DNA of 63,537 bases, counting the filler, from Choristocarpus tenellus KU-1152 (lineage: Eukaryota; Protista; Phaeophyceae): the NCBI GenBank assembly GCA_964200185.2. It is 13 parts of 13 records of this genome, joined end to end, with 100 filler letters (N's around TTAATTAATTAA, not from the genome) between each part and the next. Parts side by side here need not be neighbours in the genome. Positions count along the whole stretch, not along the records: positions 35,630 to 39,491 come from CAXNAD020017520.1; positions 39,592 to 45,981 come from CAXNAD020008240.1; positions 46,082 to 51,248 come from CAXNAD020011640.1; positions 51,349 to 58,086 come from CAXNAD020007464.1; 9 more parts are not named here. One strand, written 5' to 3'. Under the pieces are notes generated by a model, which was not told where the DNA came from, ran no database searches, and saw only the letters and a list, made by a program, of their open reading frames with translations. The translations under genes were made by a program, and so were the position numbers. Positions 38,901 through 52,124 of the stretch are shown here, piece after piece (the first letter of the stretch is position 1; each line of letters starts with the position of its first letter).

Positions 38901-39416
38901 ACCAGTAGTGCAGGATTGAATGCATAGTCATCAGCAGTATTCCTTGCCAAGCGCAATGAAATGGAAAACACTATACTACTGATTTCTCCTTACTCATCAA
39001 GTTTATGTCGCTTGCCATATTTCTCAAATAACAACTTCCTTCTTCTCCCAACTACCTCTTCACGCCCCTCCCACTTCTGCGGACAACTGTAGTCAGTGGA
39101 TGACCTGCTACTGATCTAGTCCACCAGTAGTTTTTTTATTCTCACCCTGACTGAGGTGAGTCCCTTGTTTTGTACCCTAGAGTTGTCTTTCTAAGTTTCA
39201 TCTTCTACCAATTTTTGCGAAGCTTCATCATTATTTTTTCCTACTTTTTTTCCCTGAGGAAACGGACTAGAATATATCTTTCGACTTCTGATAACCACTA
39301 ATCTTATGCCCTGCCAGGAAATCTCAGTCATTCCCCCCCCCCTTCAAGTGACACAAACATATTTGGTTAACAACAAGCTCACGTAGGTCCCATATTTCCC
39401 ACGCATTGACCAAACT

Positions 39417-39491
39417 GGGTCAAAGTATCTTGGGGGGGTGGTGGTTTGTGAGGGGGCGTCCGTTTCGGTCAAACAACTTTTTTTTTGCTGA
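39417..39491 (+). mobile_element. G-rich TIR terminus at contig end
   Basis: GGGTCAAAGTATCTTGGGGGGG...GGCGTCCGTTT. Confidence 0.65.
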
Positions 39492-39591
39492 NNNNNNNNN
39501 NNNNNNNNNNNNNNNNNNNNNNNNNNNNNNNNNNNTTAATTAATTAANNNNNNNNNNNNNNNNNNNNNNNNNNNNNNNNNNNNNNNNNNNN

Positions 39592-39619
39592 CCCCCCCCC
39601 TCCCCAGATACTTTGGGTC
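39592..39619 (-). mobile_element. G-rich TIR terminus at contig start (reverse orientation)
   Basis: CCCCAGATACTTTGGGTC is the reverse complement of GACCCAAAGTATCTGGGG. Confidence 0.65.
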
Positions 39620-39938
39620 CCAAGTGTCAGGAAACACCTCAGGTGGTTATTAACATCTAATTGATTGACAGGTTGCAGTGAAGTGATAAGTGATGCAATA
39701 ATTTTCTTGATATGGAAATTGCTCGAGAAGGGCTGATGTTATGAACAGCAATCTTGTCCACTGTGGGAGACCCAGAGGGGGAAAAGGTCGTCCATTGCAT
39801 ATATATACTTTGAATGAAACAGCAATGATAATATAATTTCTCAATATTTTTCAGAATATAGAAGAGAGGCAAATGCATGGAGACTGCACAATCAAGGAAG
39901 AGGGGACAATGTTCACCCCAACGGGTTTTTTTTCGTAT

Positions 39939-40198
39939 GAGTCAAAGCGTTTAAGAGGGTAGGGCCGTTTCCGTTCGGGGTCATAAATCCAATGTTGCGG
40001 TTTTGAAGAATTTTGGCTATCGTATTTGTTAGCAAGTGTCAATGTCCTTGCTCCAGACACACCTTTCGTAGTCGTACACATTTTAGGTAACTGTTTTTTC
40101 ACAGGAAACCGGAAAAGGGCATAAAAAACCCGTGGCAAGCCAAGCCCTGAACCGACAAACAGGGCAAAATGCCTACTCTCTCAAATGCTTCGGGTTTC
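39939..40198 (+). mobile_element. ~255-bp MITE family, copy G (diverged; flanks TAT/TAT)
   Basis: Colinear with copies A-F but with degenerate TIRs and no internal hairpin. Confidence 0.8.
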
Positions 40199-40461
40199 TA
40201 TGCCGGATTGATCACTCAGAAGTGGAGAGGGGCTCGGTCTATGCTGTTCAATGGTATCTTCATTGTAATTTCGGGGTATGATTTTTATTCTCCACAGTTT
40301 ATGCAACACTTCTCCCTCACTCAAACAAGCACTTTTCTAACAGCATTCGATCCCTTGAGTATTCCAACGCAAGCCAAGTGCCAAGAGCATATGTGCAGCA
40401 CAGTGACCACCTCCAATTCTCCTATACCGCTGCCCAAATTCAATCTCCTCACGGGCCACAG

Positions 40462-40833
40462 GTAGAGCCGATAAAAACAGAAGCAGCGGTCAAGATCCAG
40501 GCCAACATTCGAGGACGACAGGCACGCAAGCGTCACCCTCAACAAAAATCTCAGGGGCAGACAGCGGTAGAGAGAAAAAACGAGGAGACTGGGAGAAGTC
40601 AAACGAGGAGAGAGGGAGGACCAGAGACCTTGAACCAGATAGAGGTGAGCTGATGGATTCCCTCTTATGGCGCGTTTCTGTCGAGGACGAGATACTTTGA
40701 GATGTTGATTGACCACCAGATCTTTCCTTTTATTTTCCTTAGATATCTTTGGAAGAGGGCCTGGTTGCCAGTCACTCATTATTATCTGTATATTCTTTCT
40801 TTTTTAAATCTCTCCGACCTAGCCGCCCTACCC

Positions 40834-40874
<41 letters not shown>

Positions 40875-40987
40875 CTCATGCCCTCTGGTCTGTACATTTC
40901 TATTGGCTATGCTTTGTGGGACCAGGAGATGATTGTGGACTTGCATGCACGTGGCTGCAGCAATGTGGTCTTGCTAACACCATCAAG
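40462..40987 (+). CDS. IQ calmodulin-binding motif protein, internal exons 40462-40644 and 40926-40987 (further exon likely near 41647-41930)
   Basis: A 183-nt exon (cag|...|gtgagc) encodes AAVKIQANIRGRQARKR, matching IQxxxRGxxxR. Confidence 0.68.
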
Positions 40988-43900
40988 GTAGGCACGCAGA
41001 AATAGTGGGCACACACAAAAATAGCAATGGAACCGGTGGGTGCTTGGCTTTGTTGGCATGGCATCGGTGTAGGTCATTGCGGGCTGGCTCCTCATTGTCG
41101 TCCATAAGTATGTTTTTCAGCATACTGAGACAAAGTAAACCAGAGGTACCCAGAATTTGTGTGTTTTTACTTACAACCTAGTTTTTCAATCTCTTGAGAT
41201 TCACCCGTATTTCTATGAATGAAGAGCTGAGTTTGACTTGAGAGAGTTGATTTCTCTTTGGATTGAAACTTTTCTACACATTTATTTGCAGGAAATATCC
41301 TATATACACATTGGCAAAAGAAGATGAACTTTGCAAATAATTGCTATCATCGTGTAAATGCAACTCTGGGTATCTCTCAGTTACTTTGACGTACTGCTAC
41401 ATACGTTTGAAGACATGACTCTGATGCAGCGCTGTTCAAGCACAACAGAAATCTAGGTTGAACTCAACTGTCACATTTTTCAGGTGTCTCACATTTGCCA
41501 CAAAGCAGGCTTCCATTGCTGACCAAATTCATACAGCAACCAAAAAAACAACAAATGCAGCGACCAATTCAGGGACTTGTACTGCTTGTGAGACTCACCC
41601 CAACCATCTCAACCCGTTTTGCCCTTCCCCACCTTAATTGGGCAGCATGTCCTCTCCGTATGCCCTGTCATTCTTTGGGGGTCGGGAAGCGGAAGGCCTG
41701 CTTCCAGTGTATATGTTAGGCTGCTGTGGCTTGATTCACAACCAAATTCCTGCACCCCCCGTTTTGATTTCTGAGGCAAATCAGTGGCGCTTCCCGGGTG
41801 CACTGGAGTTCGAGACAGAGGTGTTGCTGCCGCCAGAGGCCCATGTTGAGTTTGAGCAAGGACAAGGGGGGCTGGCATGCATCGTTTCGCTAGGGACAGG
41901 GGCAAGTGGGGATGGGATAACCTTTAAAGTAAATGATGCTAGAGGAGAGAAAGTTACTTCAGTTTCATTGGTAGCTACTTAGTAGGTATCAATTTGCTTG
42001 GGATGATTGAAGGTAAGGTCAATCGAGCAGTCCTAAGACCCCATGGATTTTATACAACTAGTTTATATGGAAGGTTTTATCTTTTGAGTCTGATTTTAAG
42101 GAAGTTTAGGTTGTATGGTGCCGCCACCACACATGTGCGGTGGCTACTTGTTCTTGTTATCACTGAGTGAGTTTGTGTGTGCTCTGTGAAGGGATTGTTG
42201 TGGGTTTAGGTGGAATTAGAGGGGTGCCACAATGCGGAATTTTTGTACTAGTAGTATGACCAGAATGATGTTCGGTATGCAAAGGAAATGGGTTTATGGG
42301 TGATGTTGTTCATGACAGAGGGGATTAGCAGATTAAAATAGGGTGTTGGTTCGGTGAACAAATACGACACAACTCCATGATAAACTGTCGACACTAAATG
42401 TGGAAGTACTTAATATATCAGCAGTTAAAAATGATACACTGCTCCAGAAACTGCCGATTTCTTGGTGGAGTTGGGGAATTTTTGGATCAGTAGACAGCCT
42501 ATTGAGTAAGAGAGTCCTATTCAAAGCCCCTTGTAAGCACTATGCCACTTAGTTTGGCAAGTCTTGAAGATAGTGCAGATGCATCTCAAGCATAGATACA
42601 TATCGGTGCACCATCTTTACTTGTTGAGAGTATTTGCAACTTCTTGGGAATGAGGATCAAATAGGCGAGATTTGTGAGGACATTCGTGTTGCCTCTTATT
42701 GTTCACTGCACTTTGAAGAAAAATCGCATAAGTCCGTGAGAAAAAGCAAAGTGATCAGGAATGTTGATGTTAGTGTCGCCGAACATCAACAATTGGTAAT
42801 ATCATGGTTGATGTTGTTTTGTCTTATATTTTCCCACATAGATGGCCGAGTGTGCACAGACCCGTGGTCAGAAAGGTAACAAAAAAAAAAGACGCGTGGA
42901 ACAGAAGAACAAAATGGACATCAAAGTTACACACAAAAGTGTAAGGTATAGGCTAACAAAAAGAAAGAAAAAATAAATAAACTCGAGAAAGTCAAGGGCA
43001 AAGGTTCATAAAAAGAGAAAAGAAAAAAAGTAATGTCAACACGCATCAAACACCAACACTAGTATGAGGTCCGCGGACTGGAGCCATAGAGCCCACTTGG
43101 AGGGATCCACCCAGAGAAGCGTACATCTCATGTTTATCCTAAGAAACAGCACCACAGATGTATACAACAATTGAAGGAACTGGTGGATTCCAAGACTGAT
43201 TACAATGTACTCGTTATTAGCGTGCATGAGAGGGCAAGCTCCATCAACAAGATGGACTCAGTCCAGCAATCACTTATTTCCATTTTACTGTGACACCATT
43301 GACCCAACAATCACAAATAACAGCGTTCCTGCGCAACATTATTTTTTCTATGTCATACACACTACACTCACGTCCAGTTAAATCAAAAGGTTGTACTTGT
43401 ACGACTCAACTCGTATCTCTGAAAAGCTCTTCCACACAAGAGATCAAGCACACTCTTGACAAGAATACAGAACGGACTATTAACTAGGAGATCTGGAGGG
43501 TACTCGATAATTTAAATTACACGCTTGTTCCAATGATGCTCTCATACAGGCAAACACCAAAAATCAATCACATTTTTACGCTGCAAGGGATAGAAACCTA
43601 CATACATTAACATACACTAGGCAGGCCTAGTCGCACATGCGAAGGACTATTCAAGGGTTGATCAGGAAAGCCTTATATCGCTATATACATACACAAGCAG
43701 CTCATGGCAGAGACTCTTGCAAGGAGTGCAAGGATAAGCCAGATACTAAAATACACCCCCCATACACCCCAATTTGTGATAATAAAAGTGCAAATTTACT
43801 CTCTCAATTGACCTGGCAATGTTTTCCGTGTGGGATCCTCTTTCTTCCTTACCGTCCTTTCCTTCTCTTGTGCTAAAATCACCCCCCCCCCTTCACTCTT

Positions 43901-45902
43901 AAATCACTTGCTTCAAAGTGCTGTGCATAGGTTCATGCATGATGCAAGAAAACATTAGCAAAATCCTCTACACTTTACCATGACTCAAGATGGTGGTCAG
44001 CCATCATGCCTCATATCAACAATTAAAAAAACAAATGGTACCCGGTCATCATGTACCATAGTGTTGTAGCTCCAGCCACATTCTGCTGCCTTAACCCTCT
44101 CAGGAAAAACTCTGACAATCAATCTGCTTGACGAACAAGACCATGTTTGTGGAGGTGCTCCTGGCATTATCATCGCTTCTACAGAGCTCTATTCTCGAGG
44201 AGTCTTAGAGTAGTCTCCCTTAAAAGACGACATAGCTAATAAATTTCCACTCTCTTGGGGTATCCCTGTACTGACGGCTGCATAGATGGCAACTTAGTGC
44301 AAGCAATTGAACCGTAGGGACACACAAGGTGCACCCACCATGACACTATGAGCTCAAACTGAGCCAACTGGGTGCTCCTGGGAGCTGCGATCAGGAGAAG
44401 GTGTCAGACCACCCTTCGTGATCCCCATATCTCACCAAGGCGAGAATAGGACAAAACCGGAGTATCTTCCTCTCTCATGACCTGGTTGGGCCGTAGTGAT
44501 GGGCACCCCACATGTGCTTTGAGAAACAAACAGAGGGGGTGCCTGGGATGACCATTGGGCCGCACAGGAGCATCTGTATAGGGTATCGAGTTAGCACGAG
44601 GTAATAGCATGAGGGTTGGAGTGGTTAAATACTCAGTAACACACTACTACGAACCATCATCATACTACCATCCCCCCCAACACAACAAGTACTGTAATAC
44701 CTGCGTATCCAAAATACTTTCGGGGTGTCACATTGAGTATCAAAACACATAGTATGTGAGATTGAACCTACAAAATCCCCATCCTATTCCATCCTTGGGT
44801 AGCAAACGCACCTACACATGTTGTTTCCTGTAATGATGTCACAACACCACCCATAGCAGTGTTAGGCGCAAAGAGTGCAGCAGGTGAAAGATTGGTGTAC
44901 TGCAGCCTTTGCTCTGACCGTAGCAGTTCGTGACTGATGGCCCAAGGGCTTGCAGCTCGATTTGCCATTCTGTAGTGCAATATGTAGCAGAGGGGGCAAG
45001 TTCAATCATCAACTCACTCAAGCAAGCACTAGTTTTGGCTTATAGGGTTCCAAGATTCTCCTTCATTTAAAGGTGACTAAAACAAAGAATCGGTGCGAGG
45101 AAGAACTTCATAAACTTTGCCAAAAACTTTGCCAATATCTGACATACTTAGTTGTTGGCTTTAACACAGTGTTACCGCTCAGGGTTAGCGAGGCACTCAG
45201 CATAGCTCTTCCTTCCTTCCCCCTCTATCTAGTTTAACGATGCTCATTCCCATTTCATGTAGGGATCCAAACCTATTCAAAGTAGTAGCATTCCGAATTT
45301 CGTCATGTCGTATTATAGTCAGTGTGGCAAAAATTGGGATTAAACTTGACATTTGAAACCCCATTCAACATCCACACTAAGATTGTTCACAGATTCTTCT
45401 CGTTACACCATCGATTCCAACAAGACGCAGATGCAATATAATTAGTTTTGAGTGCAATATGGGAGTAGGGAGACAAAAAAATATATCCATTGTTGTAGAG
45501 TGATAAGGGATACTTATGAGGGACTATGCCACAGGATAGCAATATCAATAGTTAGAACTCAACCTGCTCGAGTCCTCAGAGGAATCCTGTGGGATGTGGG
45601 CCTTGCTTGCACTGACTTGTGGTTGTGCTGAAGGAGGACACAGCGACATTGTGTGGTGCAGGCAGTGGCAATCTTGTACATCTTGGAAGGATCTCCAGTG
45701 GAGCGGAGAGATCGTTCTGACCTCCATGTCATCTTCCGTGCTAATGTTGATGCTCCTGCTGAAATGTGTTTCACATCATATTCAGCTCGAGCTGGGCTAA
45801 CTGGCTACTGTGCAAAAATTATAGATGAATGGGGTCCACACCTTATGTTTTAATGGTAGTGACAGAAATCGTATGTGCTGGCTGGCATGAGCACAGAGCA
45901 GT

Positions 45903-45981
45903 GGGTCTAAGTATCTGGGGGGGGGGGGGGGGGGCGGCGGTCCACTTGGGGTCAATCTTTTCCGGGGGGCACTTTTTGGGG
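45903..45981 (+). mobile_element. G-rich TIR terminus at contig end
   Basis: GGGTCTAAGTATCTG(n)...GTCCACTTGGGGTC. Confidence 0.6.
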
Positions 45982-46081
45982 NNNNNNNNNNNNNNNNNNN
46001 NNNNNNNNNNNNNNNNNNNNNNNNNTTAATTAATTAANNNNNNNNNNNNNNNNNNNNNNNNNNNNNNNNNNNNNNNNNNNN

Positions 46082-46306
46082 TTGTCCATTTGGGGCTTGG
46101 CTTCTCATGAGTTCTTTAGTGACATTTTCCTACTCCAAAATGCTTAGGAGTAGGTAAAGTGTGCATGTTAGGAAAAGGTGTGTCAGGAACATGGATATTG
46201 ACACTTCCTAACAAAAGCGATAGCCAAAATTACATCAAAATCGCAACATTCGACTTTGGCCCCCAAATGGACGCGGCTCTACCCTAACCCTAAGATACTT
46301 TGGCTC
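46082..46306 (-). mobile_element. ~255-bp MITE family, copy H (partial, contig start)
   Basis: Ends AAGATACTTTGGCTC; the TIR carries CCCTAACCCTAA. Confidence 0.88.
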
Positions 46307-46758
46307 GATCCTGAACGGACCCGGACCTACCCTCTTAAATGCATTGGTTCAGAGGTATGGTCCCAGCTAGACCGTACGTTGTGGTGAGCTATAGAATACC
46401 TTGGTGCTGTTCCATGGCTAACAGTGTGAGACCAATCAAGACTACCGATGGACCGTCATAGCAATGAGTAAGTAACCCTACCCCCATTTATTTGTGGTAG
46501 TGTGGCACTACAGCATATCATCTACCTGGGGGGGGGAAGTGACACGGATTAAAATACCTGCAACATATCAATAGAGAACAGAGAATTGTGGACACGTCTT
46601 CCCTACAAAAGTCTCGATGCCCGAATACTTGTTCTACAAGAAGATACTAGGGTTTAGGCAATTGTAAGCCTTGCTATGGTCTCAGTCGCCCTGATAGGGA
46701 CATCTTGCTATTTAGGGAGCTACAGAGAAATTGAACCATTGCTGGTAGTATGACTCAC

Positions 46759-47383
46759 CTCGTTGAGGTGGTTGGACCTGCACATGACCTTTTTTGTTAC
46801 ATGTAATCTGACCTTGACTTCCATTGCCCTGTGAAACTCCTGAACTCGATACAGCTGGTACTTGACAAGAATCCATAGCCCTACTTTCCTTCATCGCTCT
46901 TGTTTTTTCGCAGTGTGCAGCTTCCCCTTTAGAGTTATGGTCATGGCGTCTTGAAAGCCTGTCAACGTGTTCTCCCTTCCGAATACCTCTATTCGGCGAA
47001 GACGTATCACACCAAGAACCCATTGGTTGGACACAGGAAGGCTCATGTGGTCCATCACCTCCCTCACCAAAGCTCCTCGAGGATATGCATTCCCGAGGGA
47101 TCTTTTTCGCCCTCACTTTCCCTTGACGCTTTCTCCCCTCTGCCTCGTTCTGGCACTTTGAAGGTTCTGCACTTGAAGTGGAAGTTGACACCCTCCAATT
47201 GCACGATCTAGGTGGTGTATGAAAATGGGCTTTCCTTCCTCCAGATGATGTTTGAGAGGAACTTCTGTGGCGGGGAGTGGGTTCTGCAGCTAGTGTGTTC
47301 CTTGTTCGGCGATAGCAAAGGAGACCTTGAGATGCGAGATACTGAAGACGATCACTCTGACGCATCTGTTCGCGGAATGCAGC
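46759..47383 (-). CDS. Probable 625-nt internal exon, low-complexity protein of unknown function
   Basis: An open frame of more than 200 codons bounded by ttcccag| and G|gtgagt. Confidence 0.45.
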
Positions 47384-49102
47384 CTGGGGAATGCAAGGTG
47401 ATTAAAAGGGGTACAGGGTAGAACTGAGGTTTTCAAACTGCGATCCTCTAAGGGGATCAACACATCTGTATTCCCAGTCCCAAATCATGCTGATAGGATC
47501 CAAGACACTGCACTCAATAATAGCGTGGATTGCGTAAGTTGTCGTTCTGACTTCGTCCACCTCCGTCCACCTCCTAGGATTAATGTGAAATCTCGCTTAA
47601 AACTGGTCTATTGTCAAACCGGTCAATTATTTGCTTGAGGGACCTCGCAATCCCAAGAGGTATAAGTATGAGCGCTTAGTTGTCTGCTCTCACAAGTCAT
47701 ACGCATATATCATGCATGGGTGGAGGCAGAAGAATTATATCACACAGGTTCAAGCTGAGCCAAGCGAAACGCGCGGACGGAAATATCAACGCTCTCATAC
47801 CTGCTGATGGGTATCCATCATGATGTGGCCATCGCGCAAGTTATCCCCTATGGAGCCAAATGTACCACGCAACATGCTTCTACAGGATATACACCAATTG
47901 ATGGTAAATGAGGCTACACTCCAATCGAAAAAGTTAGTATTTTATATGCGTTTCAGCAAATGGTTTAACAACAAAGATACTACTAATGTAGTCTATAATA
48001 ATATTATTATAATTTTCTCATTAATATCCTATTTCTTGGATCAGACCTACAACTACACGAACAAGTTTATATTGAAGGAACCATCATTGATTAGTAATGA
48101 TGCTGATGTCGTTCACTTCTGAGGTCGATAGAAGATGGGTCCAAAAGACCTGGAGTTGATTCTGCAAGCACAGTCAAATGTTCTATGACAGGAATCGACT
48201 CAAGATCAGAATGCTGAAGGCTGAAGTACTAGAGATCCTGCTGTACTATTTGTATAGTTGTACGACATGGACACTCCGCCAGATCCACTTTGCACAGCTG
48301 AGCATCCATCATAATAAATTCCTGCTAGGCTGAGCAAAGCAGGAGCACACTGAGCACATAATGTTCTAACTGGGTGCCCTTGTAAAGACTGGTTGTGACA
48401 GTATTAAAACAACTGGTTGTGCGGAAGTGGAGACTTTTGTTCGCAGGATTGTTTGCACGGGCTTCCGAAGACGATAATGTTGGGGAGGTGGCGGGCGGAA
48501 AAGGAAGCCAGGAGGGCAGGACAAATACTAGTGGATGTGCATGCAAGACAATCTGGAGAAGTTTGAGTTGGCTTCTGATGAGTGGAGGACCATGGCAGCA
48601 AATCACAAGGATGAGTGCCGTGCACACACGGTTGAGGGCACCCAAGTACTTCAAAGATTAATGGCACCACAAAGAGGTAGCACTAGCTAATTTACTCCAT
48701 GCTATTGTACAAATAAGGCAGCTCAAACATATCAGGGTTTTGACCTAGTCACTGCTGCCTGAATACTACTAGAGCTTGTGGTATAGTTCTTTGTTCTCCA
48801 GTTTGACAACTGATAGGTTGCCTAGTCCTGAGTCCCTTTTCTTGAATCTTCTTCTCTGCCTGTTGCACTAAACTGGTTTTTTTGTCCTTTGATAGAGTTT
48901 TCCTTGGCCTACTTTCTCGTGTGGTAGTGATGGATGGGCTGAGACATGGCAATGAACTCTTCTTTTTTTTCTCTCCTTTTTAGAGGTTTCTTTTCATATA
49001 CGATGCTGAGGATATTAATATGACAAGGTAGGCGATGTCCCTCAGGTATTTAAAAATATATATTTGAGAGTTTTTTCTTTGCTTTCTTTCTTTCTTGGCG
49101 CT

Positions 49103-49138
<36 letters not shown>

Positions 49139-50449
49139 CTCTTTCGAGTTATATTGTTGTGTTGCAATATGTCTCCCCCTGTCTCCCTTTTTGTTAACAA
49201 GCTTGGCACCCCTCAGACTGATGATGTGAAGAAAAAATAATTTTATCTACAAGGACTATCTCAACCTGCAGCCACAGGGACCACACACTGCTTTACTTCT
49301 CATGCTTGTACTACTCTTAACTAAATGTTATAGTACTCACTGTACCTGGTACCGCGTAAATTTATTTCGGCCTCCTTTTGTACCTATTACCCCTTGTACT
49401 TTGAGTTTGGGCATCCATCACACCACATGTCGCTGCTCCTCCCCCCCAAATCTTGAGGTGGGCCTAGCTTGACATTTGCCACATCGATCTTGGTCCGTCG
49501 TTTAAATAAAGTGGTATACCAATAGGCAGGATCGTACACAGCACAGGTTGTGTACAATCCGTTGTGCTTGCCGCATGGAACAGCATAATAATCAAACGCC
49601 ACTACCCATTAAAAGAATGCTGGCGTCAAGAGGACTCAAACCACCAGAATTACATGCAGGAAAGTGCCTCTCAACCAACATTTTCATAACTCCATTCACA
49701 ACATTGAGAACATTGTTTAAGGTCATAATGTGTTTGTCGAATGTAAAATATTGTACCACCTGTGACGATTTGTACATTCGCTAAAACAATATCCGCCATA
49801 GGACGAATCAGATTAGGGGGTGGTCGCCGTTGGGCTTTTTATGAGGGTTGGGTCCTTGTTGGACGTGTCAATGCGATCAATCCGTCAAGGAAAACCAGCC
49901 CTAGAGTGGGTACATACGGAGATACGTTCCACACAGCAATTGATACAATCTGATCAGCGAACATAACTTGCTATGACACTTTGATACCCATGTCTACACT
50001 CAACTTTATCCCTCCATTACCTGGGCAAGGCTTTTTTAGCGAGCGTCAAAATCGGTCACACTCCCAGCAGCAATTATAGTGTTTTCGAGTACGTACCTAG
50101 AAAATTAACTTCCGAGACTGATTGTTAGCCCAATTCACTAAGTTCGTGTCCTGAAAGGAGTTAGTATCTACAGCAGTTGTATAATGTATAGAAGATTTAT
50201 CACTGTACTTTTTCTCTTCAGTATCAATTTGAACATTTTGCCAACCAGAAAAAAAAATCGCATTGGGAAGGCACGTCCTGCGACTTCGCACTAGGTAAAG
50301 GTGGCGGGTGGCGGTTGCAGGTTGGGAGAACAATTTGACACTGGTTTGGATACCAGGGTTAGACGTTATGGGGGAGGAATCTATGTTGGTCAGAGGGGAT
50401 ATAAGGGGATATGTGACATGTGTATATGGACAGTGTGGATTCATTCGTG

Positions 50450-51060
50450 TGGGCATTGTTTTGTGTTGGAAGCAATAAGAAGCGTTACCGACCTTGTCCG
50501 TCCGTGACATGTGGATAGTTGGCACGCCATCAATGAAGCTGGCTCTCAGCACCTCGAAGTCTTCAGTGACAAAGACGATCTCCTCTCCAGCACTGAACAT
50601 CCCTCCGTAGCTGGAGTGGTGTCTGGCATTCCATTGAATCGTGTCCTTGCGGTTGACAGTGAACGGCAAGAACTCTATCCCATTGTACTCTGATGACTGC
50701 GTCCGCACAATGCATATGTTCCCCTCGGCGAGCTGTCTCTTCTTCCTGGACAACTGACTTCTCAGATACATATCACCTGTTCCCACTTCGGTGGAAAATC
50801 CGAGGTCTATTTCTTTGAGTGGGGGCAAGTGGGTTGGTTGCCACCTGCATTGGGCGAGGTTGCTGATGAAACAGTTCGTGCAGTAGCACGACAGTTCGAT
50901 GTATATCAATGTACGGGAGCCGCCGGGTGTGAGCTAACCAGTGAAGAACCTGTGCATGGACTTGATTCCACTGAGGTTTGGGTCACGTGGGTCATGTCGT
51001 CCGGCACGGTCGATCTTGTAAGACGGAAGGCGGACTATCTCCTGAGGAATGTGTCGATGT
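50450..51060 (-). mobile_element. Decayed DNA transposase C-terminus (Sola2-like Cys-rich tail)
   Basis: KIDR...LSGIKSMHRF...LIYIELSCYCTNC resembles the GxxxxHxF...LSCxCxxC tail of such transposases. Contains an in-frame stop. Confidence 0.4.
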
Positions 51061-51227
51061 GCAGAAGTTTTGTGTATGTGTTACTGTGCTGTCTGCTGTC
51101 TCTGTCCGTCCAATCCTAAGGGTTGTGGTGATTGGGCGTATAAGGGGAGGGGCGGTACGTGATGGAGTTAGTGTCGGCACCGAGGCATTGTGCTGTGACC
51201 GATTCTATGTGATTGCATTTCCTTTGT

Positions 51228-51248
51228 GGGTCAAAGTATCTGGGGGGG
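51228..51248 (+). mobile_element. G-rich TIR terminus at contig end
   Basis: GGGTCAAAGTATCTGGGGGGG. Confidence 0.65.
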
Positions 51249-52124
51249 NNNNNNNNNNNNNNNNNNNNNNNNNNNNNNNNNNNNNNNNNNNNTTAATTAA
51301 TTAANNNNNNNNNNNNNNNNNNNNNNNNNNNNNNNNNNNNNNNNNNNNCTACATCAAGCTGTTCTTTGTCCTTCATTAAAGCACCATAAAAGCCGCGAGT
51401 CCAGTGTGGGATAGTTCAACATAGGATACAATGTACAATGTACTCTCTCGAACACAAATGCATGTACTATCTCTAACACATAATTCATCGAGGGTGGTAT
51501 GGTCTGGTTGATTTTATTGTAACGAAATCGGACTACAACTATGAAACAATATTGTTCTCAGATTCGGTACCTCCATCAGAGTGGATGTGTTGAAGTAGAC
51601 TCTTTCAACTCTATCGAATGATTCTTGTGAAGTTAACGTCGAATCAGAGTATAAAGTTATTGGTTTGGTAAACCAAACACTTTTTTGTATAAGGAGGGAA
51701 AGATACGATGAGATGGAGTGTGGGTGTAATATTTAGCTCAACATATTTGTCCTTTACATTCAAAGCATAAGCTTGAACTGCAATAGCCCAACAAATATGC
51801 ATGTTACTGGTATCCTGCGTTCTATGCAATTAACACATTTGGACATCTTCTGTCATGCAGGAAAAGTGTCTACCTCAGAGATACGGACGGTAATGAGTGA
51901 TAGCAGTAACGAGTGCATAGAACACTCTCAATGTAGCTGAATAGTGGCGTTGAGTTTCAATGGATTTCTTGCTGAATGAAGCAATGATGCTTAGATCATT
52001 AGAGGACAATCAGAGTGGGGTTGTGCTCAAAATCCACCACCACCACCACCCCCACTGACATCAGCGTGGAAGAAGAACTCTTTGGCAAATTCCGGAAAAA
52101 CGAGAACCGAGTCTGCACTGACAA

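Noticed and set aside
39417-39619. One element spanning the linker (inward-facing TIRs on both sides)
   Set aside because: The flanks show no TSD, the terminus subtypes differ, and contig adjacency is not established.
8860-40987. A calcium-signalling gene cluster (ORAI, anoctamin, IQ protein)
   Set aside because: The genes lie on separate contigs joined by artificial linkers, so their proximity is not evidence.
49540-49600. RNase H1 N-terminal/viroplasmin-like motif YYAVPCGKHNGLYTT (minus strand)
   Set aside because: It lacks the following conserved Trp and F..F motifs, has no exon support and may be chance.
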